From Myxococcota bacterium (GTDB taxonomy: Bacteria; Myxococcota_A; UBA9160; SZUA-336), in contig DATJZN010000024.1 in NCBI GenBank assembly GCA_035499075.1, positions 19,549-83,548 of the forward strand: DNA of 64,000 nt, written 5' to 3'. Both the position numbers and the translations under genes were made by a program. The notes below the pieces were generated by a model. That model worked only from the letters and a program-made list of their open reading frames with translations, was not told the origin of the DNA and made no database searches. The stretch's first letter is position 1, and each line of letters opens with the position of its first letter. Of the stretch, positions 57,142 through 64,000 are shown piece after piece.

Positions 57142-58383
57142 ATGAAGCGCCGAACTACAATTCCAGGTGCCGCCATCGGGGTCTCGACCGGACTCCTGCT
57201 CGGCGCGCTGAGCTCGTGCGGGGTGGAGCGCATGCCTCACGACTGGGACGAGTGGAAGAAGTGGAAGGGACGGCACCGCTACGGCCGGCCCGATTGGAGC
57301 CGTTCCGGCCGCGGCGACTGGAGCCGCCCGGGCCGCATGCGCTCGGAGCGCGACGACGAGCGCGAGCTCGAGCGCGCGTCGCGGCGCGAGCGCCGCCGCC
57401 GCCCGCCGCTCACGCCCGAAGAAGAGGCCTACCGCGAGGCGCGCCGCGCCGCCGAGCGCAAGCTCGCGTTCTTTCGCCACCTCGTCCCGTACGTGTCCGT
57501 GGTGCTGTTCCTCACGGTCGTCGTCGGCCGCTTCGTCGGCGCCGTGGTCGCGCTGTCTTGGGGCATCGGGCTCGCGTCGCACTACTTCCAGGCGTTCGTC
57601 GCGCCGGGCCTGCGCCAGAAGTGGGTGCGCGCCGAGGTCGAGCGCCAGGTCGCGCGCACCGTGTCGCGCCAGCGCGTGGTGCTGGAAGACGAGAAGCTGC
57701 GCTCGCTCGAGGAGCTGTCGGCCTCGATCGCCCACGAGATCCGCAACCCGATCACCGCCGCGAAGAGCCTCGTGCAGCAGCTCGGCGAGGACCCGAGCTC
57801 CACCGAGAACGTCGAGTACGCGAACATCGCGCTGCAGGAGCTCGACCGCGTGGAGAAGTCCATCTCGCACCTCCTGCGCTACGCGCGCGAAGAGGAGATG
57901 CACCCGACGCAGATGAAGCTCGTGGACGCGATCGAGAGCGCGCTCGAGACGCTGCGCGAGCGCGTGCAGGCGGCGAACGTGAAGATCCGCCGCGACTTCG
58001 ACGTGCCGGGCGAGCTCATCGGCGACCGCGAGCAGCTGCGCCGCGTGTTCATCAACGTGATCGGCAACGCGCTCGACGCGTTCGCGGACGCGAAGACGCC
58101 GAGCCCGACGCTCGCGATCGGTGTGGGCGAGAACCTGGGCGGCAGCGAGATCTGGGCGCGCGTGAAGGACAACGGCCCCGGCATGGACGCCGATACCCAG
58201 ACGCGCATCTTCAAGCCCTTCTTCACCTCGAAGGCGAACGGCACGGGCCTCGGGCTCGCGATCACCCGCAAGCTCGTCGACGCGCACGGCGGCGCCATCG
58301 AGGTCAGCTCGACTCCCGGTCAGGGCACCGAGTTCACGCTGCACTTCCCGAAGCAGGCGCAGCAGCCGGAGGCGCGGTCGTGA
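57142..58383 (+). CDS. Sensor histidine kinase
   Basis: Start placed at MKRRTT, after a gggggag ribosome-binding site. Two transmembrane segments. H-box SASIAHEIRNPITAAKS. HATPase N/G boxes NVIGNALDA, DNGPGMD and GTGLGLAI. Confidence 0.8.
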   Translation: MKRRTTIPGAAIGVSTGLLLGALSSCGVERMPHDWDEWKKWKGRHRYGRPDWSRSGRGDWSRPGRMRSERDDERELERASRRERRRRPPLTPEEEAYREARRAAERKLAFFRHLVPYVSVVLFLTVVVGRFVGAVVALSWGIGLASHYFQAFVAPGLRQKWVRAEVERQVARTVSRQRVVLEDEKLRSLEELSASIAHEIRNPITAAKSLVQQLGEDPSSTENVEYANIALQELDRVEKSISHLLRYAREEEMHPTQMKLVDAIESALETLRERVQAANVKIRRDFDVPGELIGDREQLRRVFINVIGNALDAFADAKTPSPTLAIGVGENLGGSEIWARVKDNGPGMDADTQTRIFKPFFTSKANGTGLGLAITRKLVDAHGGAIEVSSTPGQGTEFTLHFPKQAQQPEARS

Positions 58384-59777
58384 GCGCACGCATCCTCATC
58401 GTGGAAGACGAGAAGGCGATCCAGCTGGCGCTGCGCGGGCTGTTGCGCCGCGATGGCTACGACGTCGACCTGGCCGACACGGGCGAGGACGCCGTGCGGA
58501 AGCTCGGCGAGGCCGTCTACGACCTGGTGATCACCGACCTCGCGCTCGGCCGCGGCCTGTCGGGCATGGACGTGCTGCGCGCGACGAAGGACGCCCGCGC
58601 CGAGACGGCGGTCGTCATGATCACCGCGCACGGCAGCGAGAAGGTCGCGGTCGAGGCGATGAAGCAGGGCGCCGAAGACTACCTGCCCAAGCCGTTCGAC
58701 AACGAAGAGCTGCGCGTCGTAGTGCGCCACGCGCTCGAGAAGACGCAGCTGCAGCGCGAGAACCGCATGCTGCTCGAGCGGGTGGAGCGCGAGTTCAGCT
58801 TCGAGAACCTGATCGGCCAGGGCCGGGCGATGCGGCAGATCTTCGAGACGATCCAGAAGGTCGCCGAGACCGACCTGTCGGTGCTGGTGCGCGGCGAGAG
58901 CGGCACGGGCAAGGAGCTCGTGGCGCAGGCGCTGCACCAGCGCAGCGCCCGGCGCGCGAAGCCGTTCATCGCGGTGAACTGCGCCGCGATCAGCCGCGAG
59001 CTGGTCGAGAGCGAGCTGTTCGGCCACGAGAAGGGCGCCTTCACGGGCGCCGACGCGCGGCGCATCGGCAAGTTCGAAGCCGCGAACGGCGGCACGATCT
59101 TCCTCGACGAGATCGGCGACATGGCGCCCGAGACGCAGGCCAAGGTGCTGCGCGTGCTGCAGGAGCGGAGCTTCGAGCCGGTCGGCGGGAACCGCGCGGT
59201 GACGGTCGACGTGCGCGTCGTGGCCGCGACGCACCGCGACCTCGAAGCCGAGGTCAAAGCGGGCCGCTTCCGCGAGGATCTCTACTACCGCTTGAAGGTC
59301 GTGGAGATGACCTTGCCGCCGCTGCGCGAGCGGCTCGAGGACGTGCCGCTCCTCGCCCAGCGCTTCCTCGACCAGGTCGCGGAACGACTCGGCCGCGCGC
59401 GCAAGCCGATCTCTGCCGAGGCGCTCGCCCGGCTCGTCACGTGCTCGTGGCGCGGCAACGTGCGCGAGCTGCGGAACGCGATCGAGCGCGCAGCCGTGCT
59501 GGCGTCGGGCGACGAGATCCAGGCCGGCGACCTCGCGCTCGACGGCGAGCCCGCGGTGACGAGCGCCGACCCGCTCGTGCTGCCCGGCGTGCCGTTCCGC
59601 GATGCGAAGCGCCACACGGTGGAGAGCTTCGAGCGCGCCTACCTGATCAAGGCGCTGCGCGAGCACGGCGGCAACGTGTCGCGCACGGCCGAGGCCATCG
59701 GCATGGTGCGCCAGAGCCTGCAGCAGAAGATTCGCGAGCTGGAGCTCCGCTCCGAGGATTGGAGCGAGGACTCCTAG
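58380..59777 (+). CDS. Sigma-54-dependent NtrC-family response regulator
   Basis: The GTG overlaps the kinase stop. Receiver domain LIVEDE...DLVITDL. AAA+ module GESGTGKE with the sigma-54 contact motif GAFTGA. C-terminal helix-turn-helix. Confidence 0.9.
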   Translation: MSARILIVEDEKAIQLALRGLLRRDGYDVDLADTGEDAVRKLGEAVYDLVITDLALGRGLSGMDVLRATKDARAETAVVMITAHGSEKVAVEAMKQGAEDYLPKPFDNEELRVVVRHALEKTQLQRENRMLLERVEREFSFENLIGQGRAMRQIFETIQKVAETDLSVLVRGESGTGKELVAQALHQRSARRAKPFIAVNCAAISRELVESELFGHEKGAFTGADARRIGKFEAANGGTIFLDEIGDMAPETQAKVLRVLQERSFEPVGGNRAVTVDVRVVAATHRDLEAEVKAGRFREDLYYRLKVVEMTLPPLRERLEDVPLLAQRFLDQVAERLGRARKPISAEALARLVTCSWRGNVRELRNAIERAAVLASGDEIQAGDLALDGEPAVTSADPLVLPGVPFRDAKRHTVESFERAYLIKALREHGGNVSRTAEAIGMVRQSLQQKIRELELRSEDWSEDS

Positions 59778-59785
59778 GAGACGAC

Positions 59786-60547
59786 ATGACCCATCCGTAC
59801 GCACAGCGGGGCTTCTTCGCGCGACTGCGCGACCTGTGGAGCGGCATGTTCTCGGCGTGGATCCGCGACCGCGAGGCGTCGAGCCCCGACGCCGTGTACG
59901 AGCGCGTGATCGGCGAGCGCGTGCGCCAGTACGCGGAGCTGAAGCGCGCCGTCGCCGGGATCCTCTACATGCGCAACAAGATCGCGGGCGAGATCCGCGA
60001 CCGCCGCGCCGAGCTCGCGCGCCTGCACGCCGACATCGCGCGCGCCGTCGACAAGAACGACGACGAAGTCGCGGTCGTGCTGATCACGCAGAAGGACGGC
60101 CTGCTCCAGGACCTGGAGCGCTCCGAGAAGGAGCTCGACGAGGTCTCGGCGGAGTGCGAGTCCGCGAAGACGAACCTGGTGAAGTTCCGCGCCGAGATCC
60201 GCAATCTCGAACGCGAGAAGCTGCGCATGCTGGCCGCGCTGGCGAACGCGCGCGCGCGGAAGCGCATCCAGGAAGCCTTCGAAGGTCTCTCGACCGAAGG
60301 CGAGATGCGCGCGCTCGAGAGCGTGCGCGGCGAGATCGAGCGCATGAAGGCCGAGAGCCGGATCGACGTCGACATGGACTCGGGCCTCGAGAAACGCGTG
60401 CGCGCCATCCGCGACGAAGCGAAGCTCGACGCCGCGCGCCGCGAGCTGGAGGAGCTGAAGCGGCGCCTGCGCCCCGCGGGCCAGCTTGCGCCGGCACCGC
60501 GCGAGGTGGTGATCGAGGCGCCTCCGGTCGCTGCAGCCGGGCGCTAG
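59786..60547 (+). CDS. pspA: PspA/IM30-family protein (phage shock protein A)
   Basis: 253 aa with coiled-coil heptads. The N-terminus ...LWSGMFSAWIRDREASSPDAVYERVIGERVRQYAELKRAVAGILYMRNKIAGEI matches the PspA/Vipp1 family. Confidence 0.8.
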   Translation: MTHPYAQRGFFARLRDLWSGMFSAWIRDREASSPDAVYERVIGERVRQYAELKRAVAGILYMRNKIAGEIRDRRAELARLHADIARAVDKNDDEVAVVLITQKDGLLQDLERSEKELDEVSAECESAKTNLVKFRAEIRNLEREKLRMLAALANARARKRIQEAFEGLSTEGEMRALESVRGEIERMKAESRIDVDMDSGLEKRVRAIRDEAKLDAARRELEELKRRLRPAGQLAPAPREVVIEAPPVAAAGR

Positions 60548-60590
60548 TAAGTCAGTGACTCGCATTCCCTAGGTCGAGTAGACTTCGGGG

Positions 60591-63500
60591 ATGCCGTGTC
60601 CCCGGCGCCAGAGACCGAAGGTCGCCTTCTGGCTGGTCACGTTCGTCGGACTCGCACTCGCGAATCAGGGTTTCGCAGTCAGCATCACGGTGTACGCGCA
60701 AGGGGACGGCACCGACGCCGTAGCGAACGTCGATACGACCGATCCCACCAACGACGCGACCGCCTTCGGAGCGCGCGCTGGCCTAGGAGAGACCGCGGTG
60801 CACGGCGGCGCAGGCATCGCGACCGCCCGAACCAGGGGCACGACTGGACCGGCCACCGCAACGGCCATTGCGGGCGGGGGTCAGGGCGGAGGCCCCGCAG
60901 GAGGCGCCACTGCGTCTGCCGACGCGCGAGCGACGGGCAGCAATCCTGCAACCGCGACGGCGCTGGCAATCGGCGGTGTCGGCGGAGTCCTCCCCGGCGG
61001 TGGGAATGGCTCCGGGGCCGGGGGTACCAGCCTCCAAGCCACGGCGTATGCGCAATCGGGCTCGGGGAACGCCGACGCGACGGCGCAGGTCACCGGTGGC
61101 GCGGGCAATTTCATGCTCCCGAATTCGTCCGGCTCGGGCGGGTCCGCCGACATCGCGAACGCGGTCTCCGGCATGACGGCGGGCACGCTCACTCTCCAGC
61201 AAACGGCCGTGGGCGGAGCCGCGGGCGGGACTGCAGGGGACACCGGCGGCGGAGACGGGGGCCATGCCACCAACACGCTCGACTTCTCCACGACCGCGTC
61301 GGCGCTGAACGCGACGCTCCATGCCCACGGGGGACTCGGCGGCACCGTGACGTCGGGAACTGCTGCTGGCCGCGGTGGAGACGCCAGTGGCACCGCGGAC
61401 GTCACCAACTCGAGCGGCTCACTCACTCTGGACGTCAAGGCATCGGGTGGGGGCGGCGGGGGATCCGGCCTCGGCTCGGGTGCGCAGGGCGGGGCTGCCG
61501 GAAATGCGTCCGTCCAGGCGCGAGGCACCGTCGGGGGCGATGGTCACGTCTTGGTGGTCGGCAACTTCGATCCCCGCGTGGGTCTCGAAATACCGAGCGA
61601 GCAGGACTTCGGTGCGTTTGGCGGAAACTCGGGCGGGACCCTCGGAAACGACTCGCCCGGCGCAGGCAACGCGCAGAGCCGCTCGATGGGCGTCGCGCTG
61701 GGCGACAGCCAGGTCACGGTCAACGACCTCGCGGTGGGCGGGAGCGGCGGTGAGCCGGACCTGCTGTTCGGCGGAAGCGATGGAGGCGGCGGAAACGGCG
61801 GCACCGCGTCCTCGCGCGCGGAAGGGAGCAACGCGGGTTCGAGCTCGGCGGTCACCGTCAGCTCGACGGCGATCGGAGGCGCTGGCGGTGGCGCGACCGG
61901 AGTGGGCCGATCCTCCGGTTCGGGTGGCCAAGCGACGGCGAGCGCCGCCGGAAGCTCGACTCAGTGCGACGTGAGCGTGACTGCCACCCAGATCGGCGGT
62001 TCGGGCGGTGCGGCCTTGAACGGAGCCGCAGCCGGCAGTGGAGCCGGCTCCGTCCTCGTCGACGCCGTGAGCGGCAGCACCAACGGTGCGCTCACGCTGG
62101 CTCAATCGGCGATCGGCGGCAACGCCGGAGCTTCTACGGATCCGGCGAACGTGGGAGGCGCAGGCAACGCCAGCTCCGACCTCACGTTCGACGACGGCGG
62201 GACCGGGAGCCTGTCCATCCGCTCCAGTGCCACCGGTGGCTCTGCGGGAGGCTCGGGCGGAACGGCCGGGACGGCCTCAGCTTCGGCGCATGGCACCGGC
62301 TCTGGACCCGCCGTCTCCGTCACGGCGACTGCCCAGGGAGGCGCGGGCTTCTTCACGTCGTCGGGGCAGGTGGGAACCGGCGCGGATGGCGCAACGGCGA
62401 CGGTGGGCGCCGTCACCGCGTTGGCAACCGGATCTGGAAGCGCGAGTGCTGCTGCGACCGTGACCGGCGGTGCGGGCGCGACGTCCGTTCAAGGTGCGGG
62501 TGGAAACGGTGCCGTTGCCGCGCTCGTCGACGTCGTCTCAGCACAGGTCAATCCGCTGACTTCGGGCTCGCTCAGTCTCACTCAGTCCGCGTTCGGCGGA
62601 GCAGGAGGCGGGGGCGCTCTAGGTGGCGTGGGCGGTGCAGGTGGCAATGCTTCGAACTCACTGACTCGCACGGTGCAAGCCGCCGGCGGAGTCCGGGAGT
62701 TTCTCCAGGCCAAGGGTGGGGACGGCGGGGGCCAGACCCAGGCGAGCTTCGTCGGGTCGGCTCCCACGGGTGGACGCGGAGGAGACTCGCTCGTCACGAG
62801 CGAGCTCACCTCGCTCAGCGGTTCGATCCGCTTCGACGTCGAGGTCGGGGGCGGCAACGGCGGGTCGGGTCCCCAGGGAGGTGACGGAGGTCGAGCCGAG
62901 GTGGACGCACACGACGATGCGATGCGCGCGGGTGATTCCGTCACTCTCGGTTCGGAGTCGTTCGGCCCGGTGGTCGGCGGCAACGGCGGCTCGGGTTCGG
63001 CAGGAGCGGGTCGAGGTGGAGACGCCAGCGTTGCGCTGTACGGAGCCAACCTCGCGCCGGCCGGAGGCGGGAGCTTCTATGCGCCGGTCACGGTGACGAG
63101 CTCGGCGACCGGGGGGTTCGGCGGATACTCGCGGACGCCCGGCGAGGTGGGGGGAGCGGGCGGTAACGCGAGCGCAACAGCCGTGGGCTCGAGCTTCGGG
63201 ACGTCGACCGTGACCGTCGAGGCGACGGCGAAAGCCGGGCAAGGTGGAGGAGGGTCGGAGCCGTCGGATCCGTACTCGCTCGGCACGTACCCCGATGTCA
63301 CCGGCCATGCCGGGTCGGCCCTCGCACAGGCGAATGGCAGCGGCCTCGGCGCGGTGAGCGTCTACGCGAGCGCGGACGGCGGCAAGAGCTTGGGAGCCGC
63401 GCTGGCGCGGGCCAGCGGGCTGGGCTCGAGCGGATCGGTGGGCTCGGAGGCTTCGAGCGGACTTCCTTATTCGAGTTCTGCGTATCTCGACGCGACCGCT

Positions 63501-64000
63501 TGGGCGCCGTCTTCGACCGCGCCGTCCACGCAGGCTCAGGTCGCGTTTGCGCAGCCCTTCGTCGCTCCTCGCAGCAGCGTGACGGAAGCGATCGCGGTCG
63601 GGAAGCCGTTCGAGAGCGACGTCGCTGCTGCGCTCGCGGGGTCGCCGAGCCTGGCGCACGCAGTCGAGTCGCCCTTGATGCTCGGGGGGGTATCGCTCGT
63701 GCGCGGCACGGGGGGTGTTGGAGACGCCGAGGAAGACGTCGAGCTCTCGGAAGATTTTTCGCAGATCACCTCGGGGGCTCACCTCGCGCTCGGGCTGTTC
63801 GACGGCGAGCTCGCGAACATCGGGTTCGACTCGCTGCGCTTCACCGTCCACACGAACCAGGGCCTCGTGATCGACGAGACGTTCACGACGCCCGACGCCG
63901 CGGTTGCGTACTTCACCGACCATCTGCTCGTCCTGCCGACGCTGTCGGGCGCCCCGAGCTTCTTCGACGTGTCGTTCGCGCTCGTGTCGGCCGCGGCGGG
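60591..64000 (+). CDS. Partial (3'-truncated) very large Gly/Ala/Ser/Thr-rich secreted repeat protein, paralog of the gene at 2663..5500
   Basis: The frame is open from the ATG at 60591 to the window end; I translated it manually and it is absent from the ORF track because it has no stop. Signal-peptide-like N-terminus KVAFWLVTFVGLALANQ. Recurring motifs LTLQQTAVGG, LTLAQSAIGG and LSLTQSAFGG mirror LTLEQ.AVGG in the first paralog. The Arg-rich ORF in the track at 60596..61753 is the wrong frame. Confidence 0.65.
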   Translation, partial: MPCPRRQRPKVAFWLVTFVGLALANQGFAVSITVYAQGDGTDAVANVDTTDPTNDATAFGARAGLGETAVHGGAGIATARTRGTTGPATATAIAGGGQGGGPAGGATASADARATGSNPATATALAIGGVGGVLPGGGNGSGAGGTSLQATAYAQSGSGNADATAQVTGGAGNFMLPNSSGSGGSADIANAVSGMTAGTLTLQQTAVGGAAGGTAGDTGGGDGGHATNTLDFSTTASALNATLHAHGGLGGTVTSGTAAGRGGDASGTADVTNSSGSLTLDVKASGGGGGGSGLGSGAQGGAAGNASVQARGTVGGDGHVLVVGNFDPRVGLEIPSEQDFGAFGGNSGGTLGNDSPGAGNAQSRSMGVALGDSQVTVNDLAVGGSGGEPDLLFGGSDGGGGNGGTASSRAEGSNAGSSSAVTVSSTAIGGAGGGATGVGRSSGSGGQATASAAGSSTQCDVSVTATQIGGSGGAALNGAAAGSGAGSVLVDAVSGSTNGALTLAQSAIGGNAGASTDPANVGGAGNASSDLTFDDGGTGSLSIRSSATGGSAGGSGGTAGTASASAHGTGSGPAVSVTATAQGGAGFFTSSGQVGTGADGATATVGAVTALATGSGSASAAATVTGGAGATSVQGAGGNGAVAALVDVVSAQVNPLTSGSLSLTQSAFGGAGGGGALGGVGGAGGNASNSLTRTVQAAGGVREFLQAKGGDGGGQTQASFVGSAPTGGRGGDSLVTSELTSLSGSIRFDVEVGGGNGGSGPQGGDGGRAEVDAHDDAMRAGDSVTLGSESFGPVVGGNGGSGSAGAGRGGDASVALYGANLAPAGGGSFYAPVTVTSSATGGFGGYSRTPGEVGGAGGNASATAVGSSFGTSTVTVEATAKAGQGGGGSEPSDPYSLGTYPDVTGHAGSALAQANGSGLGAVSVYASADGGKSLGAALARASGLGSSGSVGSEASSGLPYSSSAYLDATAWAPSSTAPSTQAQVAFAQPFVAPRSSVTEAIAVGKPFESDVAAALAGSPSLAHAVESPLMLGGVSLVRGTGGVGDAEEDVELSEDFSQITSGAHLALGLFDGELANIGFDSLRFTVHTNQGLVIDETFTTPDAAVAYFTDHLLVLPTLSGAPSFFDVSFALVSAAA

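Noticed and set aside
59700-59786. Looked for a sigma-54 -24/-12 element (TGGCAC-N5-TTGC) upstream of pspA and upstream of tssA/tssB/hcp.
   Set aside because: No convincing match was seen by eye. Absence cannot be asserted without a position-weight-matrix scan, so no promoter feature is reported.
1-64000. Search for a CRISPR array, rRNA, tRNA, transposase/integrase, or a Ser/Thr kinase (PpkA) partner for the phosphatase/FHA genes.
   Set aside because: No short regularly spaced direct repeats were seen. The window is almost fully coding, and none of the translated ORFs shows recombinase, transposase or Hanks-kinase motifs. The only non-coding stretches are 27370-28026 and a few sub-100-bp spacers, none with tRNA-like structure recognisable by eye.

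Overview
This is a 64-kb window of roughly 70% GC, coding-dense bacterial chromosome, Myxococcota-like by inference. Read from start to end it holds:
- A partial secreted protein with TSP3-like repeats, a short-chain dehydrogenase and a divergent TetR regulator.
- A very large Gly/Ala-rich secreted repeat protein with a PEP-CTERM tail; a paralog begins at the 3' edge of the window.
- A GH1 beta-glucosidase.
- An arginine catabolism and decarboxylation island on both strands: arcABC (arginine deiminase pathway), three paralogous fold-type-I Orn/Lys/Arg decarboxylases and an AdiC-like antiporter. It also carries a PotE-like antiporter fused to a C-terminal periplasmic solute-binding domain, an outer-membrane beta-barrel and a major-facilitator transporter.
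- A Ser/Thr signalling trio (PP2C phosphatase, FHA protein, vWA-FHA protein) with no kinase in the window.
- A complete type VI secretion system with all 13 core genes (tssA to tssM) plus ImpE. A VgrG-linked cargo module (unknown protein, DUF2169 adaptor, thiolase-fold ketosynthase-like protein, PAAR-like/Tox-GHH nuclease effector and a beta-propeller immunity candidate) is embedded in it, as are two reverse-strand genes (a HEAT-like protein and an unknown).
- A T6SS-adjacent FHA-TM-lytic-transglycosylase fusion, a CocE/NonD hydrolase, and a histidine kinase / sigma-54 NtrC-type regulator / PspA module.

No rRNA, tRNA, CRISPR array or transposase was recognised. Many long Arg-rich ORFs in the ORF track are alternate-frame artefacts of the high GC. 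Coordinates I derived myself may be off by 1 nt.
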